NCBI GenBank assembly: GCA_965216325.1
Contig: OZ244160.1
Location: 640,001 to 704,000, forward strand
Length of the DNA: 64,000 nucleotides
Origin: Coraliomargarita sp.
Lineage (GTDB): Bacteria > Verrucomicrobiota > Verrucomicrobiia > Opitutales > Coraliomargaritaceae
Direction: 5' to 3'
Part shown: piece after piece, positions 16,044 through 25,755 of the stretch
Position numbering within the stretch: position 1 is the stretch's first letter
Layout of the letters: each line of letters begins with the position of its first letter
The notes under the pieces: model-generated
What the model saw: the letters and a program-made list of their open reading frames with translations, nothing else
What the model was told of the DNA's origin: nothing
The model's database searches: none
Translations under genes and position numbers: made by a program

Positions 16044-17192
16044 TCAGCTGATTTGAGCTTCGGACTCGGTGGGCGCTACTGGGAGTTCGATGAAGAAAAT
16101 ATTGCCTTGTCTGTCTGGGCGGGGAGTGACGCCGACGATTCCGCGATGGAAGTCGACCAGGCGTTTGACGACTGATAGGCCAATTCCGTGAGAGCTTTGT
16201 GGGCCCTTCGGAGATTGGTCTCCTTTGGCGAAACGCTTGAATAAGCCTTCGGCTTGTTCCGGATTGAGTGGCTGAGCACTGTCCACGACTTCGACCCTGA
16301 AGCCATCATTGATGCATTGGGCTGCTGTAATGCGAATTTGGATACTGCTGTCTGATCGCGAGTATTTGACCGCGTTGCTCAGCAGATTATCGAACATCTC
16401 GTTCAAAATGCGCCGTCCAATACTCACTCTAGGAGCTTGCTGTGCGTCTAAGGCAATCTGTATGTTGCGTGCTTGAGCGTGAATCCGATTTAGGTTCACC
16501 AAATGATTTAGCACGTCCTCGACGTGAATTGCTGGGTTGATATACGCGGCGTCTGCCTCTTCGCTCTGTGCAGCTTCATCCAAAATGCCTTTGACCATCT
16601 CGCTCATCCCCAGGGCACAGTTTTCAATCAGATCCAGAATCGACTGTGTCTCTTCTTCGAGTTGATCGTCTCCATCCATATCTTCGCGCATAAGGCGAAC
16701 TAGTCCGGAAATGCCGCTGGCGGGGTTCTTTATATCGTGAGCGAGGCGGGTGAGGAGTTCAGCACGTTGCTGCGCTTGTTCGTCCAATTGCCGATTAATT
16801 GTTTGAAGGTCGAGGTGTGTAATGACGCGTGCGAGCAGCTCCTCACGTATAAACGGCTTACGAATGTAGTCAACTGCGCCAGAGGCGAAGCCAGTAACCA
16901 GGTCGGTCGTGCTGCTCGCTGCGGTTAGAAAAATGATCGGGATATGTGCTGTGTTAGGGTCGGCTTTGAGTTCATTGCAGACCTCAAAGCCGTTTTTTCC
17001 AGGCATCATGACGTCGAGAAGAATGAGTGCGGGAGGCGTTTCTCTGACGACTTGGAGTGCCTCTTCGCCGTTGATGGCGAAGAGGAAAGGAATGTCTGCA
17101 CGGCGCAGATTCTCGCCCACGAGCTGTAGGTTTTGTGGCTCATCATCGACGACGAGCACTTTATCAGAGTGCGAGTTCGGCGCGGTACTCAT
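16044..17192 (-). CDS. Hybrid receiver-histidine kinase
   Basis: VVDDE...LLDVMMP...DYIRKP receiver; LAHDIKNP, NLLSNAVKYS and HGIGL. Confidence 0.92.
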   Translation of the reverse strand: MSTAPNSHSDKVLVVDDEPQNLQLVGENLRRADIPFLFAINGEEALQVVRETPPALILLDVMMPGKNGFEVCNELKADPNTAHIPIIFLTAASSTTDLVTGFASGAVDYIRKPFIREELLARVITHLDLQTINRQLDEQAQQRAELLTRLAHDIKNPASGISGLVRLMREDMDGDDQLEEETQSILDLIENCALGMSEMVKGILDEAAQSEEADAAYINPAIHVEDVLNHLVNLNRIHAQARNIQIALDAQQAPRVSIGRRILNEMFDNLLSNAVKYSRSDSSIQIRITAAQCINDGFRVEVVDSAQPLNPEQAEGLFKRFAKGDQSPKGPQSSHGIGLSVVKRLVDFHRGIVGVTPRPDRQGNIFFIELPVAPTESEAQIS

Positions 17193-17209
17193 ACAGTATT
17201 CGTTGGTTT

Positions 17210-18481
17210 CTATATCGACTCCAGCTTTTGTGCTGCGTTTTTTCCGGTATCAATCGAGGTCGCGCAATAGCCGAGGTGTGTCATCGTGAAGCTGCAAACT
17301 GGCTGACCTTGGATAGTGATCCATTCGTAGGAATCGATGCGGTAGCGGCTTGGCGGTGGCATGTTGATTTCGAATGTGCCAGGGTTCAACGAGAAGGCGG
17401 TAATGTCTGCACTGCCCGGCCAGAAGGTGGCTCCTGCGGGGGGATTGCAGGTGATGAGGATGCCGTTCTGCCATACTTTGGCACCGTCCAGATCGTTGGA
17501 GAAGCTCCATGGACCTTTGGTGGTGATGATACGGCCGGGTTCCAAGGTGCCATTCAGGGCATCTTGCAGGCTCTGAACCAGTGGTTCGTCTTCCGGGCCC
17601 CAATTACCCGGATATTCGAACATCGATGGGGAGAAGTCGCTGGTATTGTAGCCCCCTGTCATCGGCATTGCACCGCGGTAGAGTTGGGGGTAGTCGGAGA
17701 CTGACACGGGTTCTAAGCTGAGTATTGCTTGCTCTTGAATCTCCATTTCTGCAGCAGCAAGTGGAGAGACTTGTTGGTAGGTTCCACGTAGTTGATTGTA
17801 AACGTTTTGTTCGGATGTTGCGGGCTGCATGAGGAAGGCATGCATGAAGTTCGCATCTTTGGCGGTGTAGCCCGGGTAGTTACATCCCCAGATCACGCGA
17901 GCCATCGTGTTCAGGTCGAGTGGCTGTCCGGGGAGCTCAGTGTAGCGCAATTGATGAAAGAGATCTTGGCGGATGAAGCTGGCAGAGGTCCAGTCGTAGA
18001 GGGCCATGGCTTTATCGAAGCCAAACGGATCGCCCGGATAATATTGATCGGCAAGGGCCTGAATTTCTGTGGGTGTTTTCGGAGTGCCGCTCGGAGGGTT
18101 CTGATAGGGCACCATCTTCAGGTTCAGCATTTCTTGGAAGGCATCTGAGATCGGGCCAGCTAGAGCCGGAAGTGGGGTGATGACGCCGGATACTTGAGTG
18201 CTTTCAATCTCGACCGTGAAATCGCCAGATTCATTGATGCTCAAGCTGAGGCTTGCGGTGCCTGTGTAGTTGTAAGTTTGTCCATTGAAAGTTAGGGTGG
18301 AGGTGGAGCTGTCGTTACTTGCAACAATGTCCAAGTAGCCCCAAGTGCCGACTAAAATTCGGCAGAGACCTGAACCCGGATCTCGGTCTTGGTTGAGGAT
18401 CGGTAAGCCATCGCAGGCATAGACTTGTTTTGGGGAGCTCGGGGTTAGTTGGAGCTGGGTGATGTTCCACATAGTCGTCAC
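17210..18481 (-). CDS. Hypothetical protein with a putative mono-ADP-ribosyltransferase (R-S-E) domain
   Basis: LYRG, WSFS and ADITAFSLNPGTFEINMPPPSRYRI occur in the order of ARTC-clade motifs; start is GTG 18481 or ATG 18472. Confidence 0.6.
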   Translation of the reverse strand: MTTMWNITQLQLTPSSPKQVYACDGLPILNQDRDPGSGLCRILVGTWGYLDIVASNDSSTSTLTFNGQTYNYTGTASLSLSINESGDFTVEIESTQVSGVITPLPALAGPISDAFQEMLNLKMVPYQNPPSGTPKTPTEIQALADQYYPGDPFGFDKAMALYDWTSASFIRQDLFHQLRYTELPGQPLDLNTMARVIWGCNYPGYTAKDANFMHAFLMQPATSEQNVYNQLRGTYQQVSPLAAAEMEIQEQAILSLEPVSVSDYPQLYRGAMPMTGGYNTSDFSPSMFEYPGNWGPEDEPLVQSLQDALNGTLEPGRIITTKGPWSFSNDLDGAKVWQNGILITCNPPAGATFWPGSADITAFSLNPGTFEINMPPPSRYRIDSYEWITIQGQPVCSFTMTHLGYCATSIDTGKNAAQKLESI

Positions 18482-18771
18482 TAAGGTTAGTAATGGTTAG
18501 AATTTGTTAGTATGACTGTTTATATCTATGGTGTGAATCCCTCTGTGATCCAGTCTATTTCAGTGGTTTGGCTTATTTGACATAAGTTTTGTGTATCTGC
18601 GCTCATGCTTTGAATTCGGAATTGTCAGCACTTTTACTGTATACGCCGCGCACGGATTCGGAGCAGTTTCGGCGTATTAGAGCCTCGCTTAACCGGGTTG
18701 AGCGTTACTCATAGCTCGAATGGCAGCTGTTGTGGGTGCAATGACGGGCCTTGACAATTTGCCGGCAATTA

Positions 18772-18789
18772 ACTTTGACTGATCAAAGT
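18772..18789. promoter_or_regulatory. Palindromic candidate operator for a DtxR/TroR-type repressor
   Basis: ACTTTGA-CTGA-TCAAAGT directly before ATG 18790; TTGACA at 18751. Confidence 0.6.
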
Positions 18790-19770
18790 ATGAGATTTGG
18801 CAAATCAATTTTGGCAGTGTTTACGCTGATGTTCACGGTGTTTCTCTTCGCGTGCAAACCATCCGAGCAAACCGCGGATGTGTCTGCTGAGCCAAGTGAT
18901 CGTTATACGGTGGTCTGCACGGTGGGTATGATTACCGATGTCGTGCGCAATGTCGCAGGTGAGTATGCTGATGTGGAAGGTATCATCGGCGAAGGTGTTG
19001 ATCCTCACCTTTACAAGCCGACTCGCAGCGATGTGGTCAAATTGAGTAATGCTGATCTTGTCTTCTACAATGGTTTGCTGCTTGAGGGCAAAATGACGGA
19101 TGTCTTGGTGCGCATTGCAACGGACGGTAAGCCGGTCAAGGCGGTGACTGAGGCGATTTTGACGAATCCGGATTACCTGATGGATAAGGATGATGGCTCA
19201 GAGCATACGGATCCACATGTATGGATGGATGTGCAAGGTTGGCTTAAGGCGGTTCCCATTATCACAGATGCACTGGTTTCGTATGATTCCGAGCATGCTG
19301 AGGTGTATCTGGCAAATGGAGCAGTATATATTGAAAAGCTGAAGCAGCTTGATGCCTACGCCAAGCAAGTGCTGGCAACCATACCTGAAAGTCAACGTGT
19401 GCTCGTGACTGCGCACGATGCCTTCCGTTATCTAGGTCGTGCATATGGAATTGAGGTGAAGGGTATTCAAGGCTTGAGTACTGAGTCCGAAGCGGGCGTT
19501 CGTGATCTTGAAGAGCTGATTGATTTTATTGTGGAGCGTAATATTCCTTCGGTCTTTGTGGAAAGCTCGGTGGCAGATAAGAATGTGCGTGCGCTCGTCG
19601 AAGGTGCGAAAGCGCGTGGGCACGATGTGGTGATCGGCGGGGAGCTATTTTCCGATGCGATGGGCGAGTCCGGCACTTATGAGGGGACTTATATTGGTAT
19701 GATCGATCATAACGTGACTACGATCGCGAAGGCCCTCGGCGGTCGTGCTGAAGGCTTTAAGCAGGAATAA
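18790..19770 (+). CDS. troA: Mn/Zn/Fe ABC transporter substrate-binding lipoprotein (TroA-like)
   Basis: Lipobox LFAC; GVDPHLY, DPHVWMD, VTAHDAF and ELFSDAMG. Confidence 0.9.
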   Translation: MRFGKSILAVFTLMFTVFLFACKPSEQTADVSAEPSDRYTVVCTVGMITDVVRNVAGEYADVEGIIGEGVDPHLYKPTRSDVVKLSNADLVFYNGLLLEGKMTDVLVRIATDGKPVKAVTEAILTNPDYLMDKDDGSEHTDPHVWMDVQGWLKAVPIITDALVSYDSEHAEVYLANGAVYIEKLKQLDAYAKQVLATIPESQRVLVTAHDAFRYLGRAYGIEVKGIQGLSTESEAGVRDLEELIDFIVERNIPSVFVESSVADKNVRALVEGAKARGHDVVIGGELFSDAMGESGTYEGTYIGMIDHNVTTIAKALGGRAEGFKQE

Positions 19771-19779
19771 ACGATTGGG

Positions 19780-20589
19780 ATGAATGCTGTATCGAAATCA
19801 CCACTACTGGGTTCCACACCTGAGGTGAGCTCTGGCGAATGTCCTTTAGTCGTGCGTGACTTAACGGTTGCGTATCATCGCAAGCCGGTGGTTTGGGATA
19901 TTGATCTCGCGATTCCACAGGGCAAGTTGGTGAGTGTCGTTGGACCCAATGGCGCGGGCAAGAGCACCTTATTGAAATCCTGCCTGGATTTGATTCCTCG
20001 CTCTTCGGGGGAGGTCTTGGTCTACGGCCAGCCTTATCGCAAAGAGCGCAAGCGTGTGGGCTACGTGCCGCAACGTGAAAGTGTGGATTGGGATTTTCCA
20101 GTGAGTGCCCTGGATGTCGTTGCGATGGGAACTTATGGTAAGCTTGGCTGGTTCCGCCGTGTCAATAAGCGCTCTAGGGCGCTTGCGATACAGGCTTTGG
20201 AGCGTGTTGGTCTACAGGATTATGCACACCGTCAGATTAGTCAGCTTTCCGGTGGCCAGCAGCAAAGGACCTTTCTTGCCCGTGCATTAGTGCAGGATGC
20301 GGACATCTACTTCATGGATGAACCGTTCGCTGCAGTCGATGCGGCAACCGAGCGTGCGATTGTCGAACTGCTGAAGGAGCTCCAACAGCGTGGTAAGACC
20401 TGCTTGGTGGTGCATCACGACTTGGCGACCGTACCACAGTATTTCGATTGGACAGTATTATTGAATATGCGAGTCGTTGCCAGTGGTCGAACCAAAGATG
20501 TCTTTACCAAAGAGAACTTGCAGAAGACCTACGGTGGTAAGTTGAGCTTGTTGAGTGAGGCTGCAGAGGAGTTGATTCGGACCCAGTAA
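19780..20589 (+). CDS. troB: Metal ABC transporter ATPase
   Basis: GPNGAGKS, YVPQRESVDWDFP, LSGGQQQR and MDEPF. Confidence 0.92.
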   Translation: MNAVSKSPLLGSTPEVSSGECPLVVRDLTVAYHRKPVVWDIDLAIPQGKLVSVVGPNGAGKSTLLKSCLDLIPRSSGEVLVYGQPYRKERKRVGYVPQRESVDWDFPVSALDVVAMGTYGKLGWFRRVNKRSRALAIQALERVGLQDYAHRQISQLSGGQQQRTFLARALVQDADIYFMDEPFAAVDAATERAIVELLKELQQRGKTCLVVHHDLATVPQYFDWTVLLNMRVVASGRTKDVFTKENLQKTYGGKLSLLSEAAEELIRTQ

Positions 20590-20596
20590 GGGAGCC

Positions 20597-21949
20597 ATGG
20601 AATTGTCTGAGATAGTCAACGTGCTGCTGTTGCGCGATTATAACACGCGTTTGGTGGTCGTATGCACCATTCTCCTTGGCTGTGCGTGCGGATTGATGGG
20701 AGGTTTTCTGCTACTTCGGAAGCGTTCGCTAATGGGAGATACTTTGTCACATGCAACACTGCCTGGCGTCGGTATTGCGTTCATTGTGATGGTCCTACTG
20801 GGCGGTGACGGAAAATCACTGCCCTTGTTGTTGGCAGGAGCTACGGCTACCGGCGTCTTAGGCTGTTTAACGGTCTTGTTTATCCGTAACCGAACACGAA
20901 TTAAGGACGATGCTGCAATGGGCATTGTGTTAAGTGTATTCTTTGGTGCGGGCGTTGCAGTTTTAGGCTTTATTCAGACGATGCCCGAGGGCAGTGCGGC
21001 GGGATTGGAGTCGTTCATCTACGGGAAGACGGCGTCGATGGTGAAGAGCGATTTTCAATTGCTCGTGATCGTCACGGGTGCGGTGCTGCTAATATCTGTC
21101 CTCTTGTTTAAGGAATTTCGTTTGCTCTGTTTTGATGAAGCGTATGCCTCAGCACAGGGCTGGCCGATTAAGTTTTTGGATGTGCTCTTACTGGCTCTGG
21201 TCACCGCTGTGACGGTTGCTGGGCTACAAGCGGTGGGGCTGATCTTAATCATAGCATTTCTCATTACACCAGCCGCTGCAGCACGTTTTTGGACAGAGCG
21301 TCTGGATAGTATGCTCTTACTCTCTGCACTGATTGGTGGAGTGAGCGGTTGGTTTGGCGCGACTTTAAGTGCCTTAGCGCCTCGTTTGCCTGCAGGAGCA
21401 TTAATTGTCTTGGTTGCCGCTGCCGGCTTCCTGTTTAGCATGTTGCTTGGAGCCGAGCGTGGTGTGTTGGTGCGTTGGTTACGGCAGCATCGGCTCAAGC
21501 GGAATATCGGACGCCAGCATTTGTTGCGTGCGCTGTATGAAATTTTGGAAGCGGATGGTGATGATCTGGATCCATTGCAGATCCGCCCGGTTGCGTTTCG
21601 TCAAGTTCGTGGACGTCGCACATGGACTGATCAACATCTGCGGCGTTATATTCATCAGGCTTATCAGGATGGTTTGTTGGAAGCGCAGACGAAAGATGAT
21701 GAAATTGTGCTGACTGAGGCAGGGCTGCAGTCTGCGGCTCAGGTCACTCGTAATCACCGATTGTGGGAATTGTATCTGATTGAGTATGCCGATGTGGCCA
21801 CGAGTCGTGTCGATCGCGACGCAGATGCGGTGGAACACATATTGGGTGACAAGATGGTGACGGAACTGGAAACCAAGCTTTTGAAATTACGAATGGTTGG
21901 CGGGCATGAAGTGCCTGCAAGTCCGCACCCGATCCAGCCCGGAGATTAA
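20597..21949 (+). CDS. troC: Metal ABC permease fused to a C-terminal DtxR-like repressor domain
   Basis: ABC-3 permease (GDTLSHATLPG) followed by LRALYEI...LTEAGLQSAAQVTRNHRLWELYL...ADAVEHIL, typical of the DtxR/MntR family. Confidence 0.88.
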   Translation: MELSEIVNVLLLRDYNTRLVVVCTILLGCACGLMGGFLLLRKRSLMGDTLSHATLPGVGIAFIVMVLLGGDGKSLPLLLAGATATGVLGCLTVLFIRNRTRIKDDAAMGIVLSVFFGAGVAVLGFIQTMPEGSAAGLESFIYGKTASMVKSDFQLLVIVTGAVLLISVLLFKEFRLLCFDEAYASAQGWPIKFLDVLLLALVTAVTVAGLQAVGLILIIAFLITPAAAARFWTERLDSMLLLSALIGGVSGWFGATLSALAPRLPAGALIVLVAAAGFLFSMLLGAERGVLVRWLRQHRLKRNIGRQHLLRALYEILEADGDDLDPLQIRPVAFRQVRGRRTWTDQHLRRYIHQAYQDGLLEAQTKDDEIVLTEAGLQSAAQVTRNHRLWELYLIEYADVATSRVDRDADAVEHILGDKMVTELETKLLKLRMVGGHEVPASPHPIQPGD

Positions 21950-22885
21950 GTGATGGAGTGGTTCGCGATAGATACTTGGATCGTAGTTGTCGGCATTTTG
22001 GCGGCAGTTTCCTGCGCTCTGCTGGGCAACTTTCTCGTGCTGCGTAAGATGAGTATGATGGGAGATGCGATTAGCCATGCGGTGCTGCCCGGATTGGCGA
22101 TTGCATTTCTGCTGACGCATGCCCGTGCCAGTCTCGCGATGTTTATTGGTGCTGCGGTGGTGGGTGTCCTGACGGCAGTGTTTACTCAGTGGGTCAGTCG
22201 TTTCGGCAATGTTGATCGGGGTGCATCGATGGGCATCGTTTTCACAACTCTGTTTGCCGCAGGCCTGCTCTTAATTGTTCAAGCGGCTGATCATGTGGAT
22301 TTGGATCCGGGCTGTGTGCTGTATGGTGCGATTGAGCTGACCCCGCTAGATGTTGTCTGGCGGCCTGAAGTGTTTGGTTATGAACTTGCCGTGCCACGTG
22401 CGGCTGTGGTGCTGACAATCGTCCTCCTGCTGAACCTAGCCTTTGTCGTCGGCTTTTTCAAAGAGCTGCGTATATCCTCCTTTGATCCTGAATTATCAAC
22501 GACGCTGGGCATCAGCTCCAACTTGATGCACTATCTGTTGATGACCTTGGTTGCGATCACAACGGTCGCGGCATTCGAGGCAGTCGGAAGCATCATCGTC
22601 ATTGCGATGTTGATTGTGCCAGCCGCAGCTGCGCATTTGCTTACAGATCGCTTGGGCATGATGGTCTTGCTGAGCTCGGTCTTAGCTATCTTGTCTGCAG
22701 GACTGGGCCATATCTCTGCCCTGATTGTGCCTGGATGGTTTGGCTTCGAGAGCACGTCAACTTCGGGGATGATGGCGGTTACTGCCGGCCTCATTTTCAC
22801 CGTGGTGATGTTCTGTGCGCCACGTTACGGGATACTCGTTAAGAAATTTCGTAAAGTGGATGTCGCTGAAAATCAGCTGTCTTAG
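21950..22885 (+). CDS. troD: Metal ABC permease
   Basis: GDAISHAVLPG, HVDLDPGCVLYG and KELRISSFDP. Confidence 0.9.
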   Translation: MMEWFAIDTWIVVVGILAAVSCALLGNFLVLRKMSMMGDAISHAVLPGLAIAFLLTHARASLAMFIGAAVVGVLTAVFTQWVSRFGNVDRGASMGIVFTTLFAAGLLLIVQAADHVDLDPGCVLYGAIELTPLDVVWRPEVFGYELAVPRAAVVLTIVLLLNLAFVVGFFKELRISSFDPELSTTLGISSNLMHYLLMTLVAITTVAAFEAVGSIIVIAMLIVPAAAAHLLTDRLGMMVLLSSVLAILSAGLGHISALIVPGWFGFESTSTSGMMAVTAGLIFTVVMFCAPRYGILVKKFRKVDVAENQLS

Positions 22886-22894
22886 AGCATGTAT

Positions 22895-22925
22895 AAAAAA
22901 GCACCGTTCATTGGGAACGGTGCTT
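22895..22925 (-). terminator. Intrinsic terminator for ppc (possibly bidirectional)
   Basis: A6-GCACCGTTC-ATTGG-GAACGGTGC-TT between convergent genes. Confidence 0.8.
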
Positions 22926-22951
22926 GATTCATTACAGGAATAAATGAGGGC

Positions 22952-25609
22952 TTAGCCTGTGGTGCGCAGGCCGCTGGCGATTGCGTTGATTACCAGGAGT
23001 AGTGCCTCAACTGTTTCAGCGCTTGGCTCGCTCTCGCCGCGCATCTTACGTAGGAGCTCAATTTGTTGGCCATGGAGCACTTTGAGGGGCACTTCACGTG
23101 CTTTGAGTGTCTTCCAGAAGCGTGGGCGACGTTCTTCCAGCGCCTGACCAAAGAGCTTGGTCAATTGTGCCTTGGTAATCGCATGCTCTTGCATGATCGT
23201 GCCATGGAAGCGATCGCGGAGCGCCTCATCCTCAACGAGTGCAGCATAGGCATCCATCCATTGTGGGTCGGCACTGTTAAAGCTGCTTTCGATGTTGTAG
23301 AAAACGTAGCGCAGGAACGCCATGCTTTGCCAATTATCGCTGAGGTATTGATAGGCTTCCGGGCACTCGGCTTCGAGTTGTTGTAGTGCGGTGCCGACAC
23401 CGAACCAGCCTGGAAGGTAGTAGCGCGATTGGTTCCAGCTGAAGACCCAAGGGATTGCGCGCAGGTCATCCAGTGTTGCTTGGCCGGTGCGGCGAGAAGG
23501 GCGCGAACCGATGCGGCTTTGCTCAATCGCATCGATAGGAGTGGCCTGACGGTAAAACTGCATGAAGCCCTCTGTGCGAAGGAACTCTTTGTAGCGGGTT
23601 TGTGAATACGCCGCGAGTTTCGCCATCAGGTCGTTGAGCTCGGCTGGATCTTCGTCTTTCTGAGCACTGAGCAGGCGTGCACCAAGTGTGCCGGCGACCA
23701 GATACTCGAGATTAGCGGTTGCGGTTTCGATCGTGTTGTATTTCTGGCCAATCACTTCACCTTGTTCGGTCAGACGTAGGCCGCCACGTAGTGCTTGCTT
23801 GGGCACGGCTTCAAGGAAGCGGTGAGTAGGTCCGGCACCACGGCCGACGGTGCCGCCGCGACCGTGGAAGAACTGCATGTCGACACCATAGCGTAGGCCA
23901 ACTGCGACCAGTTCTTGCTGCGCGCGAAGTAGCGCCCATTGGCTCGCGAGAATACCAGTGTCCTTATTGCTGTCACTATAGCCGAGCATGACCATCATGC
24001 GTGGACGCTCTTGTCCTTTCAGACTGCGTTGAGTGACTGGGTGCTTTAAAAACGCATCCGTAATGCCAGGTGCACGTTCCAAGTCTTCGTAGGTTTCGAA
24101 GAGTGGCACGACTGGTAGGGTGGATTGCAGGCCTTCGCCATTGTCGTAAGTAAGGCCGACTTCCTTACACAGTACATAAACGGTGAGTAGGTCAGAGAGC
24201 TCGCGGGTCATACTGACAATCAGTGCGCCCACTGTGTGCGCTCCGTTTACACGCACTTGTTTTGCAACCACGCTGAGTGTCTTACGCACCTCGCTAGCTT
24301 CAGCAGGAAGTGCAGTGGAGTGGTGCGTGAGTGGGCGTGGATTTTCCAACTCTACGTTGAGCAATTCAATACGGGCTGCTTCATCGCGCTTACGGTAGTC
24401 GGCTTCGCTTTCGATATTGGCAGTTTCGAGTAGCTGGCCGAGTGCCTTCTCGTAGTAGGTGCTGTTTTGGCGGATGTCGATACGTGCCAAGTGCAATCCG
24501 ATGCTGTCGACCAGGCGGATCAATGGTGTGACGTAACATTCAACGACCCGTTGTGCGCCTGCATCTGCGAGCCATGCTTCAAGCTTTGCGAGCTGTTGTC
24601 TTGTTTCAGAGGCTGAGGCGTCGTCTAGTTGAGCCGCAATCATGCGGGCGTAGGCACGCCATGGCTCATCGGAAAGGTGCTCTGCGTCGGCTGCCACTAG
24701 GCATTCTTTGAGTGCTTCAGGCGCAGGTGTCTGGATCGTCGTAAAGGCCAATTTGAGCGCGAGGCAATCCAGGCGTTCGCGGACCACGCGAACTGCACTA
24801 TTGCGAAGGGTTTCGAGTGTCCGAGTCGTCGTTTCAGAGGTCACGAAAGGGTGTCCGTCACGGTCGCCGCCGACCCAAGAGCCGAAGTGGAGCAAAGGCT
24901 TTTCCTTACCTTCCAGTGGTGCTGCTTCTGGCCACGCCTGACGCCACGCGTGGCTGAGATTCGCGTCCAGCTTCTGCTGAGTTTCCGGAAGCACCTGTGT
25001 CAGGTAGTAGAGCAGATTGTTCAGCTCGTCGTTAATGTTTGGCTTTTGGCTGAAGAGTTCACCGGTCAGCCACAGGCGCTCAAGTAGTGCGTCGAGCGAC
25101 TGGGTGGATTCGGCAAATTCAAATTCAGTCTCACAACTTTCGCGGGCTTGAAGGAGCTCGACGATGTCGCGGTGGATGCGCAGCACCGACCAGCGTTTCG
25201 CCTCGGTTGGGTGCTTGGTAAAGACGGGTTCGACTTCGACGGTAGCGAGCTTTTCGCGCACCGCATCCGCTTGGATGTCGAGCTGCTTGAGGCGTTTGAA
25301 GTAGTTCGACCAGTTGCCTGCTTCCGCTTCCGGGCCGAGCGCAGCCTCACGCTTGCGGCGCATGGTGTTCGCGACGTGCTCCTCGGCCAGATTCAGCAGT
25401 TGGAAGTAGTAGGAGATCGCCTGCACTTCGGGTGCAGTGAGTGTGTGCTCTAGCTCGGAGTCGAAGCCTTTTTGGAGGAGCTCAGCAGCTTCGGATTCGC
25501 CTTGTTGGCGAAGAAGCTGCACGAGGCGCTCCACGAGTAACTGGTGCGTGGCTTCGACATGGGCAATACCCTGTTCGACGAGTTCTTGGTAAGTAATCTG
25601 ACGGTCCAT
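22952..25609 (-). CDS. ppc: Phosphoenolpyruvate carboxylase
   Basis: VFTKHPTE, SWVGGDRDGHP, MLGYSDSNKD, FHGRGGTVGRG, LRAIPWVFSW and IASGLRTTG. Confidence 0.97.
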   Translation of the reverse strand: MDRQITYQELVEQGIAHVEATHQLLVERLVQLLRQQGESEAAELLQKGFDSELEHTLTAPEVQAISYYFQLLNLAEEHVANTMRRKREAALGPEAEAGNWSNYFKRLKQLDIQADAVREKLATVEVEPVFTKHPTEAKRWSVLRIHRDIVELLQARESCETEFEFAESTQSLDALLERLWLTGELFSQKPNINDELNNLLYYLTQVLPETQQKLDANLSHAWRQAWPEAAPLEGKEKPLLHFGSWVGGDRDGHPFVTSETTTRTLETLRNSAVRVVRERLDCLALKLAFTTIQTPAPEALKECLVAADAEHLSDEPWRAYARMIAAQLDDASASETRQQLAKLEAWLADAGAQRVVECYVTPLIRLVDSIGLHLARIDIRQNSTYYEKALGQLLETANIESEADYRKRDEAARIELLNVELENPRPLTHHSTALPAEASEVRKTLSVVAKQVRVNGAHTVGALIVSMTRELSDLLTVYVLCKEVGLTYDNGEGLQSTLPVVPLFETYEDLERAPGITDAFLKHPVTQRSLKGQERPRMMVMLGYSDSNKDTGILASQWALLRAQQELVAVGLRYGVDMQFFHGRGGTVGRGAGPTHRFLEAVPKQALRGGLRLTEQGEVIGQKYNTIETATANLEYLVAGTLGARLLSAQKDEDPAELNDLMAKLAAYSQTRYKEFLRTEGFMQFYRQATPIDAIEQSRIGSRPSRRTGQATLDDLRAIPWVFSWNQSRYYLPGWFGVGTALQQLEAECPEAYQYLSDNWQSMAFLRYVFYNIESSFNSADPQWMDAYAALVEDEALRDRFHGTIMQEHAITKAQLTKLFGQALEERRPRFWKTLKAREVPLKVLHGQQIELLRKMRGESEPSAETVEALLLVINAIASGLRTTG

Positions 25610-25755
25610 TCTTAGGATCGAAATAGTGTGTGGTTGGTAGAGGATCTATTGATAAATAGGTAGGACGACTTCGAGACGTGCTACAGCAGTTCCCGTGCTC
25701 AGACGCGGGAGAATGACTGCTGGTCGATCACATTCGACGAACCGCAGCGATTGGC

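Noticed and set aside
18486..18510. GTTAG x3 at 10-bp spacing upstream of the ART-like gene
   Set aside because: Only 5-bp units in an A/C-rich 5' UTR; too weak to call a binding site.
18641..18704. Two hairpins between the ART-like gene and troA as a metal riboswitch
   Set aside because: They lie upstream of the apparent troA -35 box, and no yybP-ykoY or other known riboswitch motif was recognised.
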